DNA of 64,000 bases from the human T2T-CHM13v2.0 reference genome, Homo sapiens: NCBI RefSeq assembly GCF_009914755.1, contig NC_060930.1; one strand, 5' to 3'. Below the pieces are notes generated by a model. The model searched no databases and had not been told where the DNA came from. It saw nothing but the letters and a program-made list of their open reading frames with translations. Positions 42,460 through 56,300 of the stretch are shown piece after piece. Numbering within the stretch: the stretch's first letter is position 1; each line of letters opens with the position of its first letter. Both the position numbers and the translations under genes were made by a program.

Positions 42460-43410
42460 TTTTATTGATATATAATATTTTACATATTTATGGGATATGT
42501 ATGATATTTTTTTCCATGCATAGAATGTGCAATGATCAAATCAGGGTGTTTAGGGTATCCATCACCTTGAGTATTTATCATTTCTATGTGTTAGGAACAT
42601 TTGAATTTTTTTTTCTAGCTACTTTGAAACATACAATACATTGTTGCTAACTATAGTCACCCTACTCTGCTATGGAGCATGAGAACTTACATCTTCTATA
42701 TAACTGTACATTTGTACCCATTAACCAACCTCTCTTCAGCCCGCTCTCCAACCCAGACATCCTTCCCAGCCTCTGGTATGTATCATCCTACTCCCTCCTT
42801 GTGGTCAACTTCTTTAGCTCCCATATATGAGTGAAAATACACGATCTTTGTCTTTCTGTGCCTAGATTATTTCATTTAACATGATGACCTCCAGTTCCAT
42901 CCATGTTGATGCAAATGACATGATTTCTTTCTTTTTTATGGCCAAATAGTATTCCATTGTGTATAATACCACATTTTCTTCATTCATTCATTGATGGACA
43001 CAGGTTGATTCCATATCTTTACCACTGCGAATATTACTACAGTAAACACGTGAGCATGCAAGTGCAGGTATCCCTTTGATATGTTGATTTCATTTCCTTT
43101 GGATAGATACATAGTAGAAGGGTTGCTGGATCATGGTAGTTCTATTTTTAGTTTTTTGAGAACTCTCCATACTGTTTACCATAGTGGCTGTTCTAATTGG
43201 CATTCCCACCAACAGTGTATAAGAGTTCCCTTTTCTCCACATCCTCACCAGCATCTGTTATTTATTGGCTTTTAATAATAGCTATTCTAACTGGAGTAAG
43301 ATGATAGCTCATTGTGGTTTTGATTTGCATTTCCTTGATGATTAGCATGTTGAGTTTTTTCATATACCTCTTGGCCATTTGTATGTCTTATTTTGAGAAA
43401 TGTCTATTCG
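42460..43410 (-). mobile_element. 5'-truncated L1MA 3' end
   Basis: Typical antisense L1 3'UTR/ORF2 end. Degenerate TSD gaaggacacaatatcac (42442-42458) versus gaaggatataatgtcac (43411-43427). Confidence 0.9.
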
Positions 43411-44458
43411 GAAGGATATAATGTCACTTTTGACAGAGTTATTTACCTGCTCTGCCCATCCACCAACTCCCCCATCCTAACCATAGAGGAAGGCATTCAG
43501 GGAAGAGAGTTTTATTGTCATGAACTAGGAGTAACCTTATGGCAGTTGACCCAGTCACCTAATCGTAATCAAAGAAAGAAATGTATAAACCCATTATGCT
43601 GTAACTTTAAAGAATATTCCCAAAGTTTTTCTGGCCTGAAATTAATAACCATTTATATAGCAAATCAACTCAATCCATTATATAGACCAACATTTTGCAA
43701 GTGATTGAAGACTAGTAAAATGTGATTGGTATTTCTCAGATAGTTTTGTAGTCAAGGTATTTATATGATTACACTTGCTGTCCATTGTTTTTAGGAAATT
43801 ACTGTTTCAACCTTACGACAAAGAGCTTTGAGGCTGTGAAATAGAACAGATTTCCAAATTACTTCTTTACAAGGATCTAGGCTCCCTTTTGCTTATCCCC
43901 TTGGATCTTTTGCCAGGTTGGGCCAAATAATTTAAGTAATGAATTTATTTTAAATCACAGGAGTCTTACTTTTTTGTGTATCAGATAACAAAACCCTACA
44001 CAATGTATAGTGCTCTAAGAGGAAGGGATTGAAGGAGGCTTTCAATGAGAGAATTATTTTTCCTCTGCCTCTCAATGTTTGACTTAAAACTCTTTATTTC
44101 TTGTCTGTCTTTCATAAGATTTTTTAGCTCTGTTTTAAAAAACAAAAAGGAACACCTAAGACCTGTGAACAATGACCCGCCCCAGATTAGCTAGAGTTCA
44201 TATCTTCAGAGAAGACAGATATTATAAAATGTTCTGTTAGGAACCCATTTCAGAAGAGTCTATGCCAAGTTATTTAACAGAAATTCTAGAGTGTTCAATG
44301 TGTGTTATGTTTTTAATTTCAATGAAGACCATGTTATCTATTTACAAGGATCTAGGCTCCCCTGTGCAAAGGACCCAACCTGGCAAAGGACTTTCAAAAG
44401 AGTCAGTTTGAAAAGTAATACCCTTATTCAATGAGGCTGTTGGCCACATAGAGAATTT

Positions 44459-45073
<615 letters not shown>

Positions 45074-45269
45074 ACATAGAGAATTTTTCAAATTCCTTCT
45101 TTAGAATTGCTACTGAAGGCTTCAGAAGGTACCTCAAATATCCTAAAAATTGGGAAGTCTATGTCCTTTCAGATGAGTCTGATTTTGGGAATAGCCATTT
45201 GGAACTGTATTTAGTAAATTATATACCTATTCAAATTTGTTGACAAAAATTTTAGTCAAAAGCAAGATT

Positions 45270-46982
<1,713 letters not shown>

Positions 46983-47012
46983 TAAAATTTACAAGGGTTA
47001 AAATTATATTTA

Positions 47013-47137
47013 GACTGGGTGCAGTGGCTCGTGCCATAATCCCAGCACTTTGGGATGCCAAGGCAGAAGGATCTCTTGATACCGAGACCAGTCTGGGTAC
47101 ATGGTGAGAACCTGTCTCTACAAAAAATAAAAATAAA
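47013..47137 (+). mobile_element. Free left Alu monomer (FLAM-like)
   Basis: Single left arm with an A-rich tail. Confidence 0.8.
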
Positions 47138-47654
47138 TTTTAAAAATTTGTAAATTATACTTAAGAAATCTGGCAGCCCTTCCTTTCCTTTTCTGGACAA
47201 ATGCATTGTTGAAATAGTAAAATGGAAATGGATTTTGTATCAAATTAAACTTTATGTCAATATTTTAAAACTTACAAAACAAGATTATTAGAAAGTGGTT
47301 AGACAGCTCTTCCATGCCTCCTTCTGAGGGTAAAGCCCTTTTCTGGTGTATCAAGAAATAAAAGAGGGAAAATGGATAGATTCTGCTGTTCAAAAGAATG
47401 TAGAACTCAGAGTTAACAATTGAATTTGGTCCAATCGCATGGTTCACATCTGATGAAAGGAAATTTGATAGCTTGTGCTTCGTCAACTCATGTTGACATT
47501 AACACCTAGAGTTGGTAAGTGTTTCCAAATATTGTCAGGAACCCTTCTTCTCTTCTAATACTTGGATATGCAGTTGCTTCCTTAGGTGCTACCAGAGTTG
47601 TACAGGTAATGTGGGTCCTCGCCGGGATCCCTTCTAAGCTACTGCAAATGATGG

Positions 47655-47682
47655 CTCATGTGCGACCCCGGTTCTCTTCCAG
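47655..47682 (+). promoter_or_regulatory. UST: 3' splice site of the last UST intron (branch-point candidate CTCAT, short pyrimidine tract, CAG)
   Basis: CTCAT at 47655-47659 fits YTNAY about 24 nt upstream of AG 47681-47682, with no intervening AG. Confidence 0.75.
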
Positions 47683-47966
47683 AGCACAGGAAGCTTGGAA
47701 ACATGACTGTGACGGTGAAGAAGACTGTCCCCTCTCCTGAGGCTGTGCAGATCCTCTACCAGCGGATGAGATACGAGTACGAGTTTTACCACTACGTCAA
47801 AGAGCAGTTCCACCTGCTGAAGCGCAAGTTTGGACTTAAGTCTCACGTCAGCAAGCCCCCCCTGAGGCCACACTTCTTTATCCCAACTCCACTGGAAACC
47901 GAGGAGCCAATCGACGATGAAGAACAGGATGATGAAAAGTGGCTGGAAGATATTTATAAGAGGTGA
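47683..47966 (+). CDS. UST: Terminal coding exon of uronyl 2-sulfotransferase (C-terminal 94 codons, first codon split by a phase-1 intron)
   Basis: Translation EHRKLGNMTVTVKKTVPSPEAVQILYQRMRYEYEFYHYVKEQFHLLKRKFG...DDEKWLEDIYKR* is recognised as the UST C-terminus. It is preceded by the acceptor gttctcttccAG (47671-47682) and stops at TGA 47964-47966. The ATG at 47658 in the ORF track is intronic. Confidence 0.95.
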
Positions 47967-48448
47967 TGTGACTGTGTTGCCTCTATGGCTTTATCTCCCT
48001 TTTCCAGAAAGTTCTTTGTTTGGGGAAGTAAAATCCTTAAGGGACTAAATTAATGCTTGGGTGCATTAAAAAGAACAAAACATTCCCACATGTTGGGGTC
48101 ATTGGGAGATGCCCGGTTTTGCGGGTTTTATTTGTTTAATTTTATTCTGTGTTTTCTCTTGGCTCTTTGGGTCTTTCCCGGGTACACTAGATGGCTCCAT
48201 CCCAAGGCATCTTGTCATAAAACAGCTTTCCCCCACCCCATATCATGGGAAAAGGGGGAGAAATATAGCCCCTAGCCTAATAACTTATCATTTGTAAAAT
48301 GACTTATAAAAATATTACCTCAATGGTAGGAGACATCCAGACTTGTATATTTCAGTGGAAATACAAAACCACTTCAGAGACCAGGGTATCTCCTCTGGAA
48401 GGATCTAAGAGAAGGTAAGACAGATTAGGACATCGAAAAGGAGGATGG

Positions 48449-48590
48449 AGCCAGGTGCCATGGCTTGAGCCTATAATCCGAGGCTGAGGTGGGAGGATCA
48501 CTTGAGCCCAGGAGTTTGAGGTTGCAGTGAGCTGTGATCACACCACTGCACTCCAGCCTGGGTGACAGAGTGAGACTCTGTCTCAATTAA
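48449..48590 (+). mobile_element. Alu monomer (FRAM/FAM-like) inside the UST 3'UTR
   Basis: gaggctgaggtgggaggatcacttgagcccaggag...gagactctgtctc. Confidence 0.85.
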
Positions 48591-50817
48591 TTTTTTTTTT
48601 TTAAAGGAGGAGGATCTCCATGGGTAAGTGGTTTCTACCCGCATGGGTAGAGTTCTGCCTCTGGTCCTTCTCAGGGGGCACTTTCACCAAGAGCAGTGTA
48701 ATTATCTCTGAAAGAGCAAGTCAGCTTGTGCCGCATCCCCAACCAATCCACAGCCTGGAGTACCTTTCAAGGTCAAAGTGCATGGCCAGCTCCATTGAGA
48801 CATTCCATTTCAAAGCACCGTGCTGACAGATATCAAAGTACTCTAGCAGGGAAAATAATTTGTTTGCTGTGTAAGGAAGAATGTAGACAAGACAGATAAA
48901 TCTGAAGGTCATGTGGCATCAGGGAAAGGGCATGGCTGTGTCTTTTGCACCCAATATGAAACATCTTCTCCCAACACTGCTTTAATGGAAGTTCTAGGAA
49001 CCAATTTAGCTCAGGCATTTGACTCCTACAGCAGAAGTTCTGAGCCTGACCACAGATGGTGTGTAATCTATCAAACACACCCCTGGCCAAGTTGGGTCCT
49101 ATAGGACCTGGTACTATGTACTATTGTAACTTCTAGTTCCCTAAGAGGTACCTGTTTTCAGTAAAAAGGGGTCCTGAGTTCTGTGCAGGTGGAAGAGCTA
49201 CCCGAGAACTACCTGAGTTCTGTGCAGGTAGAGTCCCATTTCTTATGGGACCTGTGTGCTCCTGAGAACTCTTACTTGAGACATCAAAAAGAAGCAGCAA
49301 GAGCTTCTGGGACAGAGACTGCTTGGCCAGCTTTGTAAGTAAGTGGCTGCCTCCAATGTGATGTGAGTACATGTTGGGCAGTCTCACTGTCCTAAGGTAT
49401 GTCTTCTTTCCACCTCCCACTGCCCCTCCCCTGCCACCTATCAATGATGCCTTGGTTCAGTCATTAGAAATCTGTTGCTTTGAGTTCTGAAATATTTTCA
49501 CCTTAAAAAAAATGCTGAAAATACACATTCTCCTGGGAAGACGATAAACAGCTAGCTAAGAAGCCGAGGTTCAGTGGTGGCAGCAGGAAGGACACTGCCA
49601 CAAATTTTGTCTATTTCATATTTGTCCCCTAGAGCCAGCCCTAGCAAATGTGTGAGTTGGGAGTAGTTAATAGTAAATAAGACTCTGACTTTACACAAGC
49701 TACACATTTTATACTTTTCATAAACCACAAAGTCTCTCTAGAATTTTTTCTGCCTTCACTAAAATTGGACTGTAGCCAAGATATAAAGCAAGTCATTTGG
49801 AACCTGCCGAGTGAGCACTGAAGCTACTTTATCATGAGATGTGTGTTAAGAAGGCTGCAGCCCACAGGAGTCCAGGGAAGGCGGGGACCACAGAGGCACA
49901 GAGTCCAGCACTTGGCCGCTCATGGGCCTTCTTTCTGCCTCAGAGGACGGGGGCAGAGAAGTGATGAAGGGAAATGTTCTTAGAGGAGGAAATATCCTTT
50001 GTCCTGTTCAGAGAGACCAGGGCCCTACCATTAGGCATACTTTCAGAAGCAACCTGGAGAACAGCTATCAATCATATTCAAAACCAGTACAAGAACTGCT
50101 GCCTGGTACCCTGTGAGTCATTTCTATGAAATTCCATATAAAGAATGATGATAAGTTTACACACTGTGCAATCTCACAATCTGAAAATAAAGTTGAGTTG
50201 GCTGTGTTTTCTCTGCTCTTGTCAGAACATTGGGACAATTGGTCGTTCAAAAACATTCATCCTCTTACTGCAAGTTTATCTGGGTACTTTTACCTGTGTG
50301 TTCAAAGGCATTTCTTTTCAGCAGTGATCATTATAACTTCACAAAAAAAGATGCTGACGGATTTACTTACAGGGCCTTAATGTTATTTTGTCCCAGCCAA
50401 CACCCTCTAGGTCCTAAAAGTCAAGGTACTTCAGTTTATTTGGCAAACATGACAACATTTTTTTGGCCCTGGGCCCAACAGTTTGTACTTCATGAAACAT
50501 ATTGTACATTTTACATAGTTTAATTTAAAAAATACCTTTTAAGCTAGTTGATCTTTGACTGTCTTATTTATTATAACCTTTCAGCACATTCCAAGGTTTT
50601 AGTTACTCAGGAAGGAGTTAATTAAAATGATTTTATTTTGGTCTGATGGATGTTTTTTAAAAGGAAAATTATTATTATGAACCTTCAGCCTACTTTCTTG
50701 AGTGCCGTAAAAGTGCTTGTAAATCTTTTTTTTTTTTTAAGAAGAAAGAAAAAAATGGTGTTTGACGTTGATGGAAATTCAAAAATATATATGGAACTGA
50801 AACATTAACTTAGCTAA

Positions 50818-50823
50818 AATAAA
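50818..50823 (+). terminator. UST: Polyadenylation signal AATAAA (probable main UST site)
   Basis: Canonical hexamer after a U-rich region, followed by tgtgttt. Further AATAAA copies lie just downstream (~50876-50934). Confidence 0.7.
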
Positions 50824-51801
50824 AGCAATCTGTGTTTGAGATGAAGCGTTCCTTAACTTATTCATCACCCATATAAATAAATAAATATAAATAAGTTGAC
50901 ATATTTCTTCCATCCTGTTGACAGCTGGAAATAAAAGTGCCTGCAGTTCCTCCCCTCAGCCGTCTTAATTGGCCAAGCTTTTTTCCTCAAGATGGGATTT
51001 TGAAAAGCTGTATTTTAAAAAGTGTATCAATTTTCATTCGTGTAATTATATGACAGCAAAAAAAAGGGGGCTGATAAAATGAACTAGTCATTTACTCATG
51101 TTGTTGCATATTTTAAAAAGCAAACAGGTGATTTTATCAGTATTTCCACGGTTGGTTTCATGTCGGGGTGCTACATCTGAATCATCTGTCTCTGTTATCC
51201 AGCATCTACGGGGCATGTCTACCGTCAGGTAGGAAAGGAAGGATGTGCCCCAATTCTCAGTGTCTACGATGATCTGTTTCTCAGACATGCAGCACTTCAA
51301 AACCTGGACCACTCTAAGCTCTCAAGTGAGTAGTCTTGATCTGGAAACACCGTTCTTGGGAAATTTCACTGCTGTGGTCAAATGGAGCTTACAAAGAGAA
51401 ACAAACTATGCTCCCTGTGTGTCTGATGCTACATTCCAATTACATGTGACTGTTATATAAAAGAATCAGAATGCTGATACGAAAGGAAAGAAAAATCCAC
51501 TTTGGTAATGGTATGCTTTATTTCAAGTAAGAATATGAGAATCTTAAACAGCAGGTGATAAGTGGTGACCTTTGTTCATCATTTTGTTTGTCCTTCTGTA
51601 ACTCAATCAAATGATGTTTGACTCAATCAACTTTAGAGCCAAAAATACTCAAGAAAAACTGGACCGTGCCATATCTGGGGTTGCTTGTGTGGTCTGAAGT
51701 TCTTTATACATGTGCCATCACCTGCGGGTTTATCCAATGAGCTATTTGGCCTTTAATGAATTTTATAGATAATGACAGTATTTCTTAAAAGGCAGGATGA
51801 C

Positions 51802-52110
<309 letters not shown>

Positions 52111-52381
52111 GCAGGATGACAATCCATAGCTATTAAGAAAAATAGCCCTCTGGGTCAAAATTGTGAAACCCCCTTCAAGTAAAGATAAAGAGGAGTTATT
52201 TTACTAACACGGCTTATTTCACATCAGATGATAAAGAAATCTGTAAAAAATAAACAAACATAATGTTTTAAATATCCTGCTACAGAAAAGTCTTTTTTGG
52301 GCTAAAACCAAAAATCCAAGTCTGTTAAGAAAAACACACAGAACTTCTTTCACAGCCCAGCACATTCATTGTGATATCATG

Positions 52382-53148
52382 TGGTGTTAGTCGGCTAGGC
52401 CTACCGTAACAAAGTGCTGCGGACTGGTTGCCTTAAACAACAGAAGTGTATTGTCCCATAGTTCTGGAGGCTGGAAGTCCGAGATTGAAGTGCTGGCAGG
52501 GTTGGTTCCTCCTGAGGCCTCTCTCCTGGGCTTGCAGAGGGCACCTTATCCCTGCATCCTCCCGTGTCCTTCCCCCGTGCCTGTCTGTGTCTTGATCTCT
52601 TCTTCTAAGGACCGCAATCATATTGGATTAGGGCTCACTCTAATGACCTCATTTTAACTTAATGACTTCGTTTAAGACCCTAATATGGTTTGGCTGTGTC
52701 CCCACCCAAATCTCATATTGAATTGTAGTTCCCATAATCCCCACATGTGAAAGGGACCCGGTGATGGATAATTGAATCATGGGGGTGGTTACCCCCATGC
52801 TATTGTTCTCGTGATAGTGAGTTCTCATGACATCTGATGGTTTTATAAGGGGCTTTTCCCCTTTTGCTGGGCGCTTCTTCTTGCTGCTGCCACCATGTGA
52901 AGAAGGACATGTTTGCTTCCCCTTCTGCCATGATTGTAAGTTTCCTGAGGCCTCTCCAACCATGCTGAACAGTGAATCAATCAAACCTCTTTCCTTTATT
53001 AATTATCCAGTCTTGGGTATGTCTTAATATTAGCAGTGTGAAAACAGACTAATACAGATCCTATTTCCAAAAATGCTCACATTCTGAGATACTTGGTTAA
53101 GACTTTCATATATGAATTTGTGGGGGACACACAATTCAGCCCATAACA
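52382..53148 (-). mobile_element. MaLR LTR (MLT1B/A-like) split by a THE1 LTR
   Basis: gttctggaggctggaagtccgagat...ttggattagggc...acaattcagcccataaca. Confidence 0.85.
52681..53056 (+). mobile_element. THE1-type (THE1C/D-like) solo LTR
   Basis: atatggtttggctgtgtccccacccaaatctc...cagactaataca. 5-bp TSD gaccc/gatcc. Confidence 0.9.
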
Positions 53149-53466
53149 CCCAGACTATAGCAGAAAAGTTAGGGCAGAGGAACTGAATTCCTACTAGGAG
53201 AGAAGCAAGCCTCAAAGTGCAGATTCCTATAGTTGCATTGGGGCTCTGGAGCAGTGATCTGGTCCATTCCCTCATTTTACAGACAAGGAAAACCAAGGTC
53301 CAAAGAGGAGACACAAATATGTCACATGCTAACTTTGCCCATTGAGGGTTCCCTTAACTTTTGAAGCAGCTACCAAATTAAAACTTTAAAAAGATGATAT
53401 AGCCAAAGCCCATCTACAGACCTAGGATCCAGAATGAAAGTGATGAGGCACTTTCAGCCACACCCA

Positions 53467-53480
53467 CTGCCACCTGCTGT
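53467..53480 (-). promoter_or_regulatory. CTCF-like motif ACAGCAGGTGGCAG
   Basis: 13/14 match to CCASYAGRKGGCRS. Confidence 0.4.
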
Positions 53481-55482
53481 ACTGGAGCAGCCTCACCATA
53501 GGGCTCTCCTGGGAGCCGGGGCTTTGGAACTCGCCTTTCCACAGAGGGAGGGGAGGCCCTATTGGTTTTCAGTCACTGAAGTCCTCAGAGACAAATCCCA
53601 AATAAATATTTTATTTTTAATTTTTCTGTCTGCTCAAAAGACACAGAGAGGTTCTTGTTCCTTGGTAAACAGACTTGGAGCATGTTTGCCCATCTCAGAT
53701 TACAGAGTTTTATTTCTCTTAAAGGCAAAATGAAGATTCTTGTCCTACTTCCTGTAACGAGTTTCAGATGGACCCACCTCCAAAAATATAGTCAAAATGC
53801 AGTTCATAAAACTAGGGGAAGTCAAGTACAGACATGTCCCAGGAAAGCAGAACCAGAGGAGAAGCAGACCCCGGGCACTCGCAGGACTATTTGACTCACT
53901 GGAGAATTCCCTTCTGCCAGGGCAGGCTTGGCTCACTGCTCCAAGCACTGCAGATTCCCAAGGAACACCCAGGCCCACAGATGTTCATGGGTCACAGAAT
54001 TGTGAACTGACCACTTGTGCATTTTGGATTTCAACTTGTAAACATGGGGATTCCCTTTTTACAAAAAGAAAAAGGAGAGGATGAAAAATCACCATGCAAA
54101 GGAAAGTTGAGAGCTAAGTTTTTCCTTTTGGAATCTTGGCATGCGCATTTAGCTATCTTCAATCTGGCTTTCACCAGACGCTGTGTGCTTTGAGCAGGGG
54201 TGGAGCAGTCTGCCCTGTGCCGCTCTGCCAGAACATTCAGACTTGACCTGTCACAGGCCTCTTATTCCAGTCATGAGCAGACACGGCCCAGGAGATGGGC
54301 CCTGCCAGACACAGCAGGCTGCCTTTGAGGTGCAACCAGAGAGGCAGTAAAAACCTGGGAGGAGAGCATTTGACTGACTAGGCTGGGGGCTGCCCACCAG
54401 TCAAGTCCCCGAGTTCAAGTCCCAGCTGTTCTGTTTCACTGGGCATCAGTGTAAATCATTTGACCTCCATCGGTCTGAAATCGACTCAGCTGGAAAACAT
54501 TAGAAAGAAAATAAAACATCTACTGAAAACCAAGAGCTGCTTCTGGGATGAACCATTTCCCACCCTTGACCCCTAAATGCTAAAAGACTGAGCCACAACA
54601 CTTCCTAAGCTGATGAAAGGTTTGTTCTCACCACAGAACACTGTATCCCCAGCAAGAGGGCATAGAATTACATATAGTCATTCCAGGTTGCCTGAAGCCC
54701 CCGTTCCTTCATGTCTGCAAGTGGCATTGCCCAGTATGCTGTGAGTCGATGGACAGCAGCATTTCTGAAATGTGAATTGAGCTCCCAGGAGTAGGCACAT
54801 CCTCCTGGGCATGAGATAGAGCAAATGCAGCAAGGACCTGTCCTGAAGAAGCATCGGTCCCTTCCTCCTGGCCTGGTTTCCACTGTTCTGTTTACTGTGC
54901 CATTATCCAAGATAAACCAGTCTGTGGAATTCCACTTTTCTCAAGCATTCTTTGGGACGAGTTTGTCTAGCTGCAAGTTAGAAGATTCAGCTCTAATTCA
55001 CAGCTTGTACTAAATACAGGCTTCCTCTAACTTATTTAAACTACTGTGTGTATCTGTGATCCCATGACTAATGGTAATAATGAGCCTAAAACATCCATGT
55101 GAATTAATACAGGTTGTGCACAAAGAAAAGTGTTAGTAAAAATTGGAAACCTGGCAGGACGGGGGTACTAAACTTCTTGGAGGGTCATTTCTCATTCTCA
55201 GAAGTAGTGTTACTGCTGTGATGTGGGAAAAATCTGGCAATGATTTTGTGGGCTGGTGATGTTTCCAGCATGGTTGATTCCCCATAGGACTGCCATGTTG
55301 AAAAACTTTAATGTGTTGTATTACTAATCTTTCAAATGCAGAAGAGAGTTAAGACACTGACCACAAACTTCCTTATAGTCACCTTAAGTTTTGCACATAT
55401 CAAATTTACTATTTGCTTTTTCTCCTTTTGGCACACTTTCCTGTATGGTGTCCATCTTTGGAAACTAGTGAAATTCTAGTCC

Positions 55483-55778
55483 AATGTGTATTCTCAAAGG
55501 ATAATTCATGAACCAAGTGTGTGAGATAGGCATGAAAAAAAATCGTGTTAAATAATTTTGGAAGTGCTGCAGTTCATAGTGTGGTGTTACACAGTATGGT
55601 AGTATATTCAGAGTATACTAAGGACTCATGCATACTGAAGCATTTTTAAAAATTAATTGATCTTTTGTTGAATTTCAAATTTCTCAAAAGTATTTGCCAT
55701 GAAACCCTTATTTGCATAAGACCCATTGATATCCTGTGGAACTAGTGTTCTGGAGACTACACTTTGAGAAACAATGCT
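55483..55778. mobile_element. hAT-Charlie-like remnant
   Basis: Ends attctcaaag ... acactttgagaaacaatg. Confidence 0.4.
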
Positions 55779-56286
55779 TTAATGCAAATTATTGGATTAC
55801 ATTTTTCCTCATTGGAAGACTTGTTTTCCTCTTGCTGTGGTTCAATTTTGGTCCGTGCATCGTGCTTGAAGAAAATATATTTGCATCAGATGACGAACAT
55901 GTTGATAAAAAGAAGATGGGGACAAATAACATTTTTAGAAAATAACAAGGAATCATCTTTCAGTTTTGCTTATTCTCCTAATTACATTCCTCTATCTCGG
56001 GAAAAAGTAGAAACTCTTTTCAAGGTAAAATTTTTTATACTTTTCAATATTATTTGGGTACCTTGAATTAATTCATGACTCCCATGAGGATCAGTGCTTA
56101 AATCCAACCAAATAAAGGACATCTGTCCCCCTTTCTTCCTTGGGCTACAGTTGCTTGTGCAGTGGAAAGGAAAGCTATGATGCAACAGAAATCGCAGGTG
56201 TTTCAAGTAAGGTTGGTGATGGGGATGAGATTGCTCAGCTCCGGAGCTCTCAGCTACTACACACTGGGGCACCTGTGTTGTTCAGT

Positions 56287-56300
56287 GCACTAGGGGGCGC
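56287..56300 (+). promoter_or_regulatory. CTCF-like motif GCACTAGGGGGCGC
   Basis: 13/14 match, with the CpG retained. Confidence 0.5.

Larger units (their letters stand above)
47967..50840 (+). other. UST: UST 3'UTR (~2.9 kb)
   Basis: Follows the stop codon, is repeat-poor apart from one Alu monomer, and becomes AU-rich distally. It ends ~15-20 nt after AATAAA 50818-50823; the end coordinate is inferred. Confidence 0.75.

Noticed and set aside
47658-47682. ATG start of the 102-aa ORF
   Set aside because: MCDPGSLP is intronic branch-point and pyrimidine-tract sequence. The real exon starts after AG 47682.
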